From: Mobula hypostoma | Taxonomy: Eukaryota | Assembly (NCBI RefSeq): GCF_963921235.1 | Contig: NC_086097.1 | Location: 13,454,001-13,518,000 of the forward strand | DNA length: 64,000 bases | Direction of reading: 5' to 3' | Shown here: positions 25,232-38,842 of the stretch, in pieces | Layout: every line of letters begins with the position of its first letter | How positions within the stretch are numbered: the stretch's first letter is position 1 | Translations under genes and position numbers: made by a program | The notes under the pieces: generated by a model | Database searches by the model: none | What the model was told of the DNA's origin: nothing | The model's input: the letters and a program-made list of their open reading frames with translations, nothing else

Positions 25232-26559
25232 GTAAGTGCAGAATAAAATCCAGAAATGCTTCGGAGCGCAAAGCAAAACCTCGTCAGTTCAAGTTCTGTG
25301 TGACAGGAGAAAGAGCTCCGAGTCACCAAGATGAAAATTTTCAAAAAGCAGATCATCTCACTCTGTTTCCAGGCAACCAGACATACTCTGTGTGCAGTGT
25401 TTCCATCTACCATGCACATCTGCCCATAGGAAGAGTGGGGTGTGTATTTTACTGTGGTAGGGCACTGGTGATATATTGCTCTTTAAATCCTCATGAAGAG
25501 TCCTGGTCAACCCAAAATGTTGACAATTTATTTTCCTCCATGAATGCTGCTTGACTTGTTGTGTTCCTCAGGTGATTTGCAACATATCCCCCTTCACTGA
25601 AAAGGGTTATCATATTTACTACGGGACTGACCTAATTTGTTCTTGTTCAAGATTACTGCATCTTGCACCCTTTTTTTTTTGCTTTTCTTCTACAAAAGTT
25701 TAGATATTTAAAAAACTAATTCTTGTAGCCAAATATTAGCAGTCCTGATGAAGGGTATTTGCAAAAATGTTGACTGCTTATTCATTCCCATAGATGCTGC
25801 CTAAACTGCTGAGTTCCTCCAGCATTTTGTGTGTGTGCTACTCTGAATTTCCAGTATCTGAAAAATCTCCTGTGTATACACCCAAATATTTTTTGTTCCT
25901 GATAGTAAAAGTAAGAAATAATTTTGTTAAATTCTGCATTATGTCTTTAGTTAATTGCAATAAAGGAAGTGATCCAAGAGGATATCCTGCGAATATTTCT
26001 GAAGAAGAATCCTCACACGAGCCTCTGTCAGTTACTGAGAAATTGCTTCGGATTTGATGAGATTGGTTTCTGTTGATTCAATCTTTTCTGTTCATTTTGG
26101 CTAGTTATCTTTCAGCAAGTGTGACAATACTCTCTGATGGCAAACAGTAGGTCATTGCCCTTATAATGCAACATTAGCTACAGATTGCTCAGCTAGGGCT
26201 GATGAAGAATGCTGAGCAACAGACACAACTGGAGGAACTCAGCTAGTCTGGTAGCATCTATAGCGAGGGGTAAGCAGTTGACGTTTTGAACGAAGACCCT
26301 ACATCAAGACTGGAAAGAAAGGAAGCTGAAACCAGAATAAGAAGGTGAAGGGAGAACAAGTGGGCAGGCGATAGGTGGAACCAGGTGAGAAGGAAGGTGT
26401 GTGGATGAGGGAGGTTGTACGAAATACGAAGCTGGGAGGTGGTGGGTGAAAGCAGTAAAGAGCTGAGGAAGAAGGGATCTGATGGGCCTGGAGAGTGGAA
26501 CCTGGTGAAGAATGCAATCAGCTCAAAGGAAGGTTCTGAAAATCAGCGTTTCACCATAT

Positions 26560-26918
26560 TCTTGAAATATTGAAAGGCCTAAGTAGACTGGATGTGGAGA
26601 GGATGTTTCCTGTAGTAGGGGAGTCTAAGAACAAAGGACACAGCCTCAGAATAGAGGGTTGTCCATTTAAAACAGAAATGAGAAGGAATTTGTTTAGCCA
26701 GTGGGAATGAATCTGTGGAATTCATTGCCACAGAATGCTGTGGAGGCTAAGTCACTGGGTATATTTAAAACAGAATCTTTATTCATCAGGACGTCAAAGA
26801 TTATGGGGAGAAGGCAAAAGAATGGGGTGGAGAAAGCTAATAAATCAGTCCTGAAGGAAAGGCAGAGCAGACTCGATGGGCCGAATGGCCTAATTCTGCT
26901 CCTATGTCTTATGGCCTT
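26560..26918 (+). mobile_element. CR1 LINE 3' fragment
   Basis: LDVERMFPVVGES..GHSLRIEG, NLWNSLPQ motifs and the CR1 tail GATGGGCCGAATGGCCT...TCTTATGG. Confidence 0.85.
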
Positions 26919-27569
26919 ACATTGCTCCTGTCCTCCTTGGAGCTACACATGGCGAACACATGAGACTTCGTTCTGCTCCTGTTACTACCAGCTCCAGCTT
27001 AACGTGAACTATCACTCCATCTAGTAGTATTATTTAAATGCAAATGAAATATAGTTGATAACTTCAGTGTCTGGCTATGACAAAAGCTAGGATAGTGCTG
27101 TATACAATTCCTGAATGCCCTAGTAATGATAAACACTTTTATGGACATTTGTCATACTCTGTTCCTGAACGTCACCATGATTGCACCATCACTGATTGTT
27201 TATGCAGTGGTAGCCACAATGTAAATAGGATGATAAAAATAGAGAATTTTCTTCTAAGTCAAAGTAATTTAATTAATTTTAAAGTCAAGGTAATTTATTA
27301 CCAAAGTACTTATATACTTAAGATCAAGTTCAAGTTCATGCTTATTTTCATTCAAACATACACATGTATACGGCTAAACAAAGCAACGTTCCTCCAGACC
27401 AAGGTTGTCTCGAATCCTCTGTCTGTCCTTCACAAGCCAAGCATTGGTAGAATGCGGACTCCTCACCCATGACTCTTCCTGCCAGGAGACTCCAGAGCAC
27501 CCAAGTAGCTGAGGAACTCAGAAGTTCAATGAATAGAAATGTATTGATCTTCAACAGCAATAACAACAA

Positions 27570-28760
27570 TTCAAGTTCAAGTTTATTTTCATTCAACTGT
27601 ACATACGTATAGCTGCAAATGAAACAATGCTCCTCCAGACCAAGATGTACAACACAGTACATATAACTCACACACAACATATAAGGTAATATTACCTCAA
27701 ATAAATTAGCAAATAATGAGGTACATTGAAGACACAAGTCAAAAAGTAAACAGTATAATGCTACTGGTGCTTCTTAAGTGATGACACCTGGGTGGTGGCA
27801 GGGAATTCAGTTGTCTTACAACCTGGGGAAAGAAGCTGTTTCTCATCCTAACAGTCCTTGTCCTAATGCTACGGAACCTCTTTCCTGATGGGAGAGGGAC
27901 AAAGAGATTGCTGGACAGATGGGAGGGATTATTGTTAATGCTAAGGGCCCTGCGTACGTAGTGCTCCTGGTAATTATATCACCATATACTGCCATAGATT
28001 CATATTCTTGCAGGTATTTATAGGAAAATAAAGAAATACAAAAGAATTAATGAAAATCTATAGATAATCAAAGACTGGCAAACAACCAATGTGCAAAAGA
28101 ATGCAAATCATGCAAATAAAAAAATGTAAATAAATAGTATTGAGAACATGAGTTGTAGAATCATTGAAAGTTAGCCCATAGGTTGTGGAGTTGGTTCGGC
28201 TCTGAGGTGAGTGAACTTATCTACACTGGTTCAGAAATCCAATGGATGTAGGGTAATAATTGTTCCTGAATCTGGTGGTGGGGGTTCTGAGGTTCCTGTA
28301 CCTCCTGCCCAATGGTTGTAGCAAGAAGAGAGCATGGCTTGGATGAATTGAATTGAACTGACTTGAATTGAATTAATGGACATGCTTGATGAAGGACATT
28401 ATTTTCTTGTGGCACCACTCCTTGTAAATATGCTCAGTGATGGGGAGGGCTTTGCCTGTGATGGATTGGGTTATATCCATCTCGTCTTGTAGACCTTTCC
28501 ATTCCTCAACATTAGTTTTTCCATACCAGACCATGATGCGACCAGTTAGGATACTCTTCACTGTGCATCTATAGAAGTCTGCCAAAGTTTTAGATGACAT
28601 GTCAAATCTACACAAACTTCTAAAAAAGCTGTGCTATTAAACTTTTTTTGTGATGGCACTTGTGTGCTGGTCCCAGGACAGATACTCTGATATAATAGCA
28701 CCAAGGAATTTTAGGTTGCTGACATCTCTCCCTCTGATCCCTTAATGAGGACTGGCTCAT
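27570..28760 (-). mobile_element. Adjacent Rex1/Babar LINE 3' fragments
   Basis: ORF 28373-28615 DFYRCTVKSILTG..VWYG and (CAAGTT)n tails. Confidence 0.7.
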
Positions 28761-29189
28761 GGACCTCCAGCTCCTTCCTCTGTTTTCGGTTTTTGTTTCA
28801 AAGACCATCTGTCCTATGAAGGACATGAGAGAATTAAATAGGTTTTCAGGACAATCTGGAATACATATAAGAGCAATAGTGACGTTAGCCTTTTTTAAAA
28901 TTTCATTTTTAAGTAAATATCTGAATGTAACATTGCTTGCTACTATGTTGAGGTTTGAACTCACATGCTAGTCCAGGTGGTTGGACTACTAGTCTAGGAT
29001 GTCCTGCTGTGTCACTCTAAAAGTGTATGTGAAACCACAGTTTGCTGCAATGGAATGGAACCATTTTCCTCCTGGGGACTATCTATAGACATACAATTTA
29101 GAGATATCTACTGTGGGTCAAAGGGCAGATAGTTTGTGTCTGTCTTTACATTGCCCTCTTGTGAGAGAAAAAGGGAACTCATGCAAAAT

Positions 29190-29775
29190 CTGAGAATAGA
29201 ATACAACTTGATTGTCATTGCTCAAGACACCAAGATTATGGTGGTACTCCAGTCCATGCAATACAGACATTTACAATACATGCAGTACAGCTTAATTATT
29301 TAAAAATCCCATATTTACATGCAACAAGTGACTTTGATAGTCCATAACACTGAAAAGACCATTGCCAAGCCGGGCTGTTGCATTATTCAGCTGCACAAGC
29401 GCCCTTGGGAAGAAGCTGTTTTTCAGTCTTACTGTCTTGCCTAAGATGTTTCTGTACCTCCTACTGGATGGCAGGAGATTAAACCGACAATATCCAGGAT
29501 GGGATAGATCTTTAATGACGTTACAAGCGAACCATAGGTATCGAGAGTTGTCGATTGTCTCCAGGTCCGGTAATTGAGTACCAGTGATGTGTTGAGCTGT
29601 CCTAATCACCCACTGGAGACTTTGTGATCTGTCTTGTTGCAGCTGGAGTACCACACCCTCATTCCCGAGATCAGCATGCTCTCTATCGCACATCAATAAA
29701 AGTTGGCCAGCAATTTTTGAAGCAGATTAGCTCTCCTTAAGCACTTCAGGTAGTATAGTCACTGTTGTGCCTCCC
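29190..29775 (-). mobile_element. Rex1/Babar LINE fragment
   Basis: ORF 29292-29696 LQWVIRTAQHITGTQLP...HPGYCRFNLLPSSRRYR...LKNSFFPRA. Confidence 0.8.
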
Positions 29776-30984
29776 TACAACAACAATAATAATTAGTTTC
29801 AGGTTTTTAGTTCATAATTGTCACATGAACTAAGATACACTGAAAAAACTTATCTTGCATACTGATCATAGATCAAATCATTATACGGTGCACTGAAGTA
29901 GTTCAAGGTAAAAAGGTGCTAAATGCAGAGTAAAGTGCATAAAGCTACAGAAAGTGAACATAAACAATAGAGTTCAGGATCACAACAAGGTAGATTATGC
30001 CGTCATACGCGAGGTCTGTTCAAGTATCTGATAACAACAGGATAGAAACCATCCTTGAGCCTGGTGGAACGTGCTTTCAGGCTTTTGCATCTTCCGCCCG
30101 ATGGCAGGGGGGAGAAGAAAAAATATGTGGGGAGGATAGAACATAAATAAATCAGTACAGCATAGGAGCAGGCATTCAGCCCACAATGTTGTGCCGAACT
30201 AATTAAATTAGTAATCAAATGGGCAGCTAAACAAATCCCTTCTGCATACACAATGTCCATATCCTTCCATTTTCCTCACATTCATGGATCTACTAAACCT
30301 ATGCGGATGGGGTCTTTGATTATCCTGGCTGCTTTAGTGAGGCAGTGAGAAGTAAAGACAGGGTCCGTAGAGGAGAGACCTTAATACAATTTACCACAAT
30401 GAACTCAGTCAACAACAGCAATAGATAGTTCTTACTACCGGTGCAGAGAAACAAAAGATAAAACTGCATTAAAAACTTGTGTTACCAAGACAATGTTTCT
30501 TCAGAGACAGTGGTCCAGATTCTGAGGTCAGTAGAATGTTTTTCTTGCTCATTAGACATGGATTTCATTATCCATCCATAATTATCCATTAAATTAGACC
30601 ACTTCATAAGGACAGCCATGCTTCAACTGTCCTGGTGGTCTCAGAGTCATATATAGCAGATCTCCCCCTCTGAAGGGCATTATTCAACCACATGAGTTTT
30701 TTATGACAATCTGGTTGTTTCACAGAAATCACTCCTGATACTCATTTGTTTTAAGCTCTGGATTCAATTACTTGAATTTAACTTCCACAGCTGGTGTTGT
30801 AGGATTCAGACTCACAGAAACATTAGAGTGAGGATGGTATTCAACATCCAAATTAGCTCTTTGAAGAACAATCTATTCTGACCACAGTACCACTCTTTCC
30901 TTGAAGCCCTGACATTTTGTTTTCCATCAAGAGCTCGTCCATTTCCCTTTGAAAACACTGAGTGACTCTGCCACCATTGGTAGA

Positions 30985-31430
30985 GAGTTCAAGTCAAGTG
31001 GAGTTTATTGTCAATTGACTATATATATGTATACCATGAAGTGAGACAACATTTCACGATCAGGGTGTAAAACACAATAGTATACATAACACACAATAAG
31101 TTAGGAAAGTAAGAATTAAATATATAGATAAACAAAGTAAAGTGCTGTTTCCCATCCTGACTGTTCATGTCTTTATGCATCGGAGTCTCCTGTATGATGG
31201 TAAAATATCAAAGAGTATGCTGGATGGACGGGTGGGATCCTTAATAATACTACGGCCCTTGTATATGCAACTTTCCTGATAAATGTCCCTGATGGATGGT
31301 AGGAAGACCCCTATGATCCTCTCGGCTGTTCTCACAGTCCTTTCTCGGGACTTCTGATCCAATGCTCTGCTGCTCCCATGCCAGATGAAGATGCAGCTCA
31401 TCAGCATGCTCTCAATAGCAACAGAGCTGC
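30985..31430 (-). mobile_element. Rex1/Babar LINE fragment
   Basis: ORF 31165-31461 AIESMLMSCIFIWHG...RTAERIIG..LPSIRDIY...IIKDPT. Confidence 0.8.
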
Positions 31431-31459
31431 TCTCTGTGTAAAGGTCTTCCCTCTCACGC

Positions 31460-31700
31460 ACAGTTCAGAATTCAATTCCAGGACCATCTGTAAAGAGTTT
31501 GCACATTCTTCTGGTTAGCGTGTGGGTTTCCTTCGGGAGCTCTGGTTTCCTCCCACAGTCCAAAAGCATGCCAGTTAATAGGTTAATTGATCATTGTAAA
31601 TTGTCCTGCGATTAGGCTAGTGTGAAGTAGGTGGGTTACTGGGTGACGCAGCTCGTTGGGTCAGAAGGGCTTGTTTCGTGCTGGATCTCTAAATAAATGT
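31460..31700 (+). mobile_element. V-SINE (HE1-like), 5'-truncated
   Basis: GTGGGTTTCCTTCGGGAGCTCTGGTTTCCTCCCACAGTCCAAA and (TAAA)n tail. Confidence 0.75.
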
Positions 31701-31923
31701 ATAGGTAGATAAATGAATGAATGTCTTTTGCCCATCAAGAGGTCCATTCAAGAATCTGATAACTGCAGGATGGAAGCTATCCTTGAGCCTGATGATAGCA
31801 ATGTTTTCTGGTCCACTAGTGAAAAGAGATCTTTCCTGTTTACCCTCTTCAATCCCATCATGCTGTTCAATCAAGATTCAAGATTGTTTATTGTCATTCT
31901 TCAGTACTCAAGTGTAAAGTGGA

Positions 31924-32418
31924 ATAAGACCGTAAGACTTGGGAACAAAGTTAGACCATTCAGCTCTTTAAGTCTGCTCCACCATTTCATCATGGCTTAT
32001 CCATTTCCCTCTCAATCCCATTCTCCTGTCTTCTCCCCATATTCTTTCGTGACCTGATTAATCATAACCTATCAGCCTCTGCCTTAAATGCACCCAGAGA
32101 CCGGACCTGCTCAGCTGCCTGCGGTAACAAATTCTACAGATTCACCACCCACTGGCTAAAGAAATTCCTGCTCACCTCTGTTATAAATGCATGTCCCTCC
32201 ATTTTGAGGGTGTGCCCTCTGGTCCTCGATCCCTCTGTCAAAGGAAACATCCTCTTCACATTCACTCTATCTTGATCTTTCTATATGTTCGATAGGTTTC
32301 AATGAGAACCCCCCCTTATTCTTCTAAATTCCAGTGAGTACAGGCCCAGAACCATCAAATAGTCCTCATACGTTAACCCTTTCATTCTTGTGAACCTCCT
32401 CTGGACCCTCTCCAATGT
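31924..32418 (-). mobile_element. CR1 LINE 3' fragment
   Basis: ATAAGACC tail; same organisation as 2485-3045. Confidence 0.8.
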
Positions 32419-32419
32419 T

Positions 32420-32865
32420 ACTCCAAATTTGATACAATATAAAATAACACTATAAAATAAAGAACACAATAAAAATAAATGCTAAAGATGTCTTATACAT
32501 GTAGACTGAATATACGTACATCAGGTAATGCTAGGTACAGGAGTGTCTGTACATAAGTGACTCTGAAAGAAAATAATAAAATAGTGGTGGTGGGGATATG
32601 GATGGGTGAGTTAGTGGGTGGAGGTGTTGATCAGCCTTACTGTTTGTGGAAAGTAACTGTTTTTGAGTCTAGTGGTCCTGGAGTAGATGCTATGTAGCCT
32701 CCTCCCTGATGGGAGTGGGATCAACAGTCCACAAGTTGGGTGAGTGGGATCGCTCATGGTATCGTTCATTGGGCCCTTTCTGGCACCTTTCTGTACATAT
32801 GTCTTTGAGGGCAAGTGGGCTGGTGCTGATGATGTGTTGGGCAGTTTTATCCACCTGCTGTAGAA
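32420..32865 (-). mobile_element. Rex1/Babar LINE 3' fragment
   Basis: ORF 32611-32814 DPTHP...LPSGRRL...RLKNSYFPQTVRLINTSTH. Confidence 0.8.
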
Positions 32866-33759
32866 CTTCTAACGTTTCTGTTCTCAGTCTAGATCAGTCG
32901 TTCAGGCCACTGAATACTGTTGCAATTATGACCACTGTGCCACGGTACTGCAGATAATAGAGAGCTTAATGTGCTATTATTCACGTGTATATCATGCAAC
33001 CACTTTAAAGTGGGGGAGATATCCTCACCAAATGTGAAGCAACTCATCTCCTTCACTTCAACCATAGCTGGCCCTTAATTTCCTCGTGAGATTTGCATTT
33101 CAGCATCAAGTTAGCTCTGGAACTTAACAACTTAAATACCTTTTCAGAAAAGAGACTTATGTATTGGGTCTGCCCATCAGTCTCTCCAGCCCATAATATT
33201 AAACCAAATTAATATTGCTACAAATTTTCAAAGTTACTTTAGAAAAAGTTCCCTTCCCATCTCTTTAGCTGTTCCATAATCCATCTCTCATTGTTTCTTT
33301 TTTGGTATGTATGACCTGACTCCCCTTACATTCTTTCCTTTTCCGTCACTTCTCTGTTCACCTCAGATCTCCTTGGGAAAGGAGTTGACACTATTGAGTC
33401 CATCATTCACAAGATGATGTCAGCTCATACCTCTGGCTAATGTAGCGGGCAAATCTTTTTGACCTCGTAGTTTGCAGATAATGTCTAATGGTGCATGTTG
33501 GAGGATGCCCTGTGTCAGTAAAATCTAGGCCAACTTAAATAGCTACAGTAGAAAATACGCAAATATTAGTGAAGTCCTATTTACAGTCTAAAATAAAAGT
33601 CCTGTCCTAGAGAGAGTCATAGCAGTGAAATACAGCAATGAACCAGGTTCTTCAGCCGAACACGTCCCTGTCCACCAACAGGTCCGTCAGCCCACATTTG
33701 GCACATAGCCCTCTAAACCTGTCCTAGCCATCTAATTATCCAAATGTCTTCTGAGTGCT

Positions 33760-34290
33760 GTCATTGTACCTTGAAGGGCATTCTAAATGATTGCAACACC
33801 ATCTGGTATGGAGAGGCCACTGCACAGGATTGGAAAGACCTTCAGAAAATTGCCTACTCAGCCAGCTCCACCATGGCCACTAGCACCTCAGCACCAAGGA
33901 CACCTTCAAAAGGCGAGGCCTCAAAAAAGTGGCTTCCGTCATTAAGGGCCCCCATCACCTAGAAACGTGCCCTCTTCTCTTTGCCACCATCAAGGAGGAG
34001 GTAGAGGAGCCTGAAGGCACACACTCAATATTTCAGGAACAGCTTCTTCTCTCCTGCTATCAGATTTCTGATTGAACAATGAAACCATGTACACTACCTC
34101 ACTATCTTTCTTTGCTCACTTTTTTCACTATTAATTAAAAATATATATACAGTACTGTGCCAAAGTCTCAGGCACAGGTGCCTAAGACTGTTCTAGTACT
34201 GTAGTAATTTTATGTATTGCACTGTACTGCTGCCACAAAGCAACACATTTCATGACTCATGCCAGTGATGTTAAACCTGATTCAGATTCT
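33760..34290 (+). mobile_element. Rex1/Babar LINE 3' fragment
   Basis: CTLKGILNDCNTIWYG..DWKDLQK motif and 3' UTR ending AAACCTGATTCAGATTCT. Confidence 0.7.
34150..34201. mobile_element. 52-bp Tc1/mariner-type mini-MITE
   Basis: TA|CAGTACTGTGCCAAAGTCTCAGGCAC..GTGCCTAAGACTGTTCTAGTACTG|TA; imperfect TIRs with TA TSD. Confidence 0.7.
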
Positions 34291-34714
34291 GGTACTGACT
34301 CTGCCTTAACCTCTTCCTTGGAAACTCACACCATATATGCACCACCCTCTGTATGAAGAAGTTGCCCCTCAGGTGTGTTTTAAATCTTTCATCTCTCAAC
34401 TTACACCTACGGTCTCTAGTTTTTAGTTCCTATTCCTCAGTGAAAAGATCTCATCTGTCAATACACTCATGATTTTATAAACCTCTATAAGGTCACCCCT
34501 CAATCTCCTACATTCCAAGGAATAAAGTTCTAGCTTGGCTGTAACTCAAGCTCTTAGGTCCTGACAGCATTTTTATCAATCTCCTTTGCACTCTCTGTAG
34601 TTTAATGATGGCTTTCTATAATAAAATGAGCCATACTCTTTTTTTTTTGCTTTTGTGCTTCCTTACTCTTGTTTGTTGGGGTTGAAAGAGCAAATTTTTT
34701 CAATGTATCGCTAT

Positions 34715-35228
34715 ATTGTACAGATGTACTGTGAAAAGCATTCTAACTGGTGGCATCACTGTCTGGTATGGGGATGGGGGATAGCTACTGCTCAGGATTG
34801 AGGTAAGCTAAAGCTGCAGAGAGTTGTAAACTTACTCAGATCCATCATGGACACTAGCCTCCGTAGTATCCAAGACATCTTCAAAGAGCAATGCCTCAGA
34901 AAGGTGGCATCCAGCATTAAGGACCCCTACAACCCAGGTCTTGCCCTTTTCTCATTGCTACCATCAGGAAAGAGGTACAGGAACCTGAAGACACACATTC
35001 CACAATTCAGGAACAATTTCTTCCCTTCTGCCATCAGATTTCCTGAATGGATATGCGCCCATGAACACAACCTCACTATATTTTTATTTCTGTTTCTGCC
35101 ACGACTTATTTAACTAATTAATATACATATACTTATTGTAATTCACAGTATTTTTTCTATTATTATGTATTTCATTGTACTGCTGCTGCAAAGACAACAA
35201 ATTTCACAACATGTACCAATGATATTAA
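34715..35228 (+). mobile_element. Rex1/Babar LINE 3' fragment
   Basis: ORF 34847-35113 SIQDIFKEQCLRKVASSIKDP..PG.ALFSLLPSGKRYR...FFPSAIR. Confidence 0.8.
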
Positions 35229-36432
35229 GACCATAAGACCATAAGATATAGGTGCAGAAATAGGTCATTTGTCCCATCAAGTCTGCTCCGCCATTTCATC
35301 ATGGCTGATCGAGTTTTCCTCTCAGCCCCAATCTCCTGCCTTCTCCCCGTATCCATTCATGCGCTGAATCTATTAACCTCTGATTTAACTATACATAAAG
35401 ACTTGGCCTCCACAGCTGTCTATGGCAAAGAATTCCACAGATTGACCACTCACTGGCCAAAGAAATTCCTCCTCATTTCCATTCTAAAGGGATGCTCCTC
35501 TGTTCTGAAGCTGTGTCCTCTGGTCTTAGACTCACCCACCATAGGAAACGTCCTCTCCCCAACCATTCTATTAAGACCTTTCACCATTGGATAGTCTTCA
35601 ATGAGGTCACCCCTCATTCTTCTGAATGCTAATGAGTACAGGCCAGAACCATCAAACGTTCTTCATGTGACAAGCTATTCAATCCCGGAATCACTTTCAT
35701 TTCTTCTACCAAAATCCATGACCATAGACTTCCCAACATTATATTCCATCTGCCACTCCTTTGCCCGTTCTCCTAATCTGTCTAAGTCCTCCTGGAGCCT
35801 CTCTACTTCTTCAGAACTATCTGCACTTCCACCTATCTTCATATTGTCTGCAAACTTTGCAACAAAGCCATCAATTCCGTCATTCAAATCATTGACATCT
35901 AACGTAAAAAGAATCGGTCCCAACGCAGACCTCTGTGGAACACCACTAGTCACCAGAAGCCAGTCAGAAAAGGCTCCCTTTATTCCCACTGTTTGCATCC
36001 TGCCAGACAGCCACAGCTTTATCCATGCTAGAATCTTTCCTGTAATTCCATGGGATCATAGCTTGTTAGGTAGCCTCATGTGTGACATCTTGTCAAAGGC
36101 CTTCTGAAAATCCAAGTGCACAACATCAACGGATTCTCCTTTGTCTATGCTGCTTGCTATTTCTTCAAAAAATTCCAACAGATTTGTCAAGCATGATTTA
36201 CCATTAAGGAAACCAAGCTGACTATAGCCTATTTTATCATGTGCCCCCAAATACCCTGAGACCTCATCCTTAATAATGAACTCCAATATCTTTCCAACCA
36301 CTGAGATCAGACTAACTGGCCCATAGTTTCCTTTCTTCTGCCTCTCTCCCTTCTTGAAGAGTGGAGTGACATTTGCAATTTTTTAGTCTTCTGGAACCAT
36401 TCCAGAATCTAGTGATTCTTGAAAGATCATCA
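35226..36432 (-). mobile_element. CR1 LINE RT and 3' end with internal deletion
   Basis: ORFs 36056-36301 (LDFQKAFDK) and 35675-35998 (GVPQ, KFADN); ATAAGACC tail. Confidence 0.9.
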
Positions 36433-37166
36433 CCTGATTCTGATAATAGTGTCACAAAGTCATTGAACACAGGACTTTGGGAAAACCTGCTTTAGTGAGT
36501 AACTTATATTACCACGGTTAGGCATTCCCTTTGAATTACAATTGGGCTGTGTATGCTCTTGGTTGCTAGTCTCCTGTCACAGTGGCCCAACTGGAAGAGC
36601 TCCGGCCACACAACTCCAGCAGCCCAGGTTCAACCCTTCAGTGCTCTCTGTGTGCCTTCTCTCTTTGTCTGCGTGGGATTCCTCTGGCTGCTCCTGTTTC
36701 ATAGAATCAAAAAGTCAAGTCAAAGGCACAGAAACAAGTCCTGTGTCCTATCATGCTTCCTCCAGGATTCTCAAAGGTGTGTAATTTGGTAGGTTAGTTG
36801 GTCAATCAACATAGTTTGTTTTTTTTTGATTGGTTTATTTATTTGAAGTACAGTACAGTATAGTAACAGGCCCTTCTGGCCCGAAAAGCCCGCACTGCAT
36901 AAAAGACCCACTGACCTGTACATCATTGGAATGTGGGTGGAAACCAGAGTACTCAGAGGAAATCTACGTGGTCATGGGTGGAACGTACAAACTCATTGCA
37001 GACAGTGGAGTAACAGAACGCAGGTCGCTGTCTCGGTAATAGCCTTATGCTACGTGCTACACTGCTGTGCTGGCGTAAGTGGTCTTGAGTGAATGGGTGA
37101 CTAGCAGAGTATTGGGGGAGCTGTTGCTAATGAAAAGAGAATAAAAACAGATTCTACATCAAGTAG

Positions 37167-37469
37167 GTGGCGCGTGGCCAAGTGGTTAGGGCGTTGGGCT
37201 CACGATTTGAAAGTTGTGGGTTCGCGTGTCGGCCAAGGCAGCATGTTTTGTCTTTGAGCAAGGCACTTAACCACACACTGCTCCAGTCCACCCAGCTGAA
37301 AATGGGTACCAGCAAAATGCTGGGGGTTAACCTCGCGATAGACTGGCGTCCTATCCGTGGGGGGGGGGGGGAGTCTCGTACTCTCAGTCGCTTCACGCCA
37401 CAGAAACCAGCGTGAGCACCGGCCTGATGGGCCACAAAGGCTCGGGACAGACTTTGACTTTAAACTTTA
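37167..37469 (+). mobile_element. Full-length tRNA-derived CORE-like SINE with TSD
   Basis: A box TGGCCAAGTGG, B-box-like GGTTCG, CORE-like CTTTGAGCAAGGCACTTAACC...AAAATGGG, (ACTTT)n tail; 11-bp TSD ACATCAAGTAG (37156-37166, 37470-37480). Confidence 0.88.
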
Positions 37470-38649
37470 ACATCAAGTAGAATGGTGCTTGGTGGCTAGC
37501 ATAGCCTCAATGGGTTGAAGTACCTGATTGAGTCTATCAGACAGGAAGAAGGAGTTTAGGCAGAAGGGATAGAGCATAGAACGTGGAAGGGTACAGTACA
37601 GGAACAGGCCCTTCGGCCCACAGTGTTGTGCCAAAATAATCTCTTGCTAATGAAATGTTGAAAAGTTGGGATGGGCTGTAGTTTGTGATGGACTATGGAG
37701 GCTTTGCTACTGCTTGCACGGTGGGGTGGTGGGGGTTCATGCTTTTGCTGGATCAAGTGGGAGGAGGGGGGAGTGTTTATGCTTTTATTGTTGTTTGACA
37801 TGGGAGGGGGAGTGGGGCTTTGGGGTACTACCATTTTCTGTCATTCATTCTTTGGGAGTCTTTTCTGTTTCATGGATGCCTGCAAAGTGTATGGATTTCA
37901 GGTCGTATACTGTATACATTGTCTGACGTTAAATTGAACTTAATTAAACAAATTCCTTCCACCTGCACATAGTCCACAACCATCCTTTCTTTGTGCCTAT
38001 CTAAGGTACGTTTTATTGCTGCAGAGTGCATAGTCACTAAATAAAATAATTGAAAAGATAGCCAGGACTGATGTATGGTGTCCTTCATGAGTTCTGATGA
38101 AAGGTCTCAGCCTGAAACATCGACTGCTTATTCACTTCTATAGATGCTGCTTGACCTGCTGAATTCCTCCAGCATTTTGTGTCTGTTGCCCTGGGTGCAG
38201 CAACTGCAGAATCCCTTGTGTTCAGGACTGATGCATAGTGGTTTCCACAGCTACAGACATCCCACCTCTCCCGGAAGTTCCGGGAGCCTCCCGCATATTA
38301 ATAGTGGCTCCCTGATGCCCGTAAATTATATACAATATCACAGAAATCAATTTTTTTGAGAGTGAGCGAGGGAGAGAAAGCAAGAGAGAGCACGAGCGAG
38401 GGAGAGAGCGAGAGCGCGCCGTGGCAGAGCGTTCCAAAAAAATATAAAACGTACGTCACCCCAGACTACACTAAAGTCTACCCCTGCCTAATAGGGGTCA
38501 AAAATAATGACAGTGTTGCTCGCTGCGCTGTTTGCAACAGTGACTTTTCTATTGCCCATGGTGGGTTAAGACTGTAAAAGACATGTTGAGGTGAGTCTAA
38601 CAGGTGTCATTCGTTCATTAGCATAGCTAACATTATTTAAACTAGCTGG

Positions 38650-38842
38650 AAAAGGAATTCTGCAGATGCTGGAAATTCAAGCAACATACATCAAAGTTGC
38701 TGGTGAACGCAGCAGGCCAAGCAGCATCTATAGGAAGAGGCGCAGTCGACGTTCAGTTAGTCCTGACGAAGGGTCTCGGCCTGAAACGTCGACTGCGCCT
38801 CTTCCTATAGATGCTGCTTGGCCTGCTGCGTTCACCAGCAAC
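38650..38842. mobile_element. Young PLE-derived fold-back element with 17-bp flanking duplication
   Basis: Perfect 58-bp inverted arms (38696-38753, 38785-38842); TTATTTAAACTAGCTGG at 38633-38649 and 38843-38859; near-identical to 61189-61290. Confidence 0.88.
38759..38794 (+). ncRNA. Minimal type-I hammerhead ribozyme motif (PLE-type)
   Basis: AGTC-CTGACGA-AGG gtctcgg CCT-GAAA-C-GTC-GACT: stem I AGTC/GACT, conserved core, stem II AGG/CCT, GUC cleavage triplet. Confidence 0.72.

Noticed and set aside
37167..37240. tRNA gene
   Set aside because: The A/B boxes belong to a SINE head; it continues into a SINE body and tail with a TSD and has no full cloverleaf.
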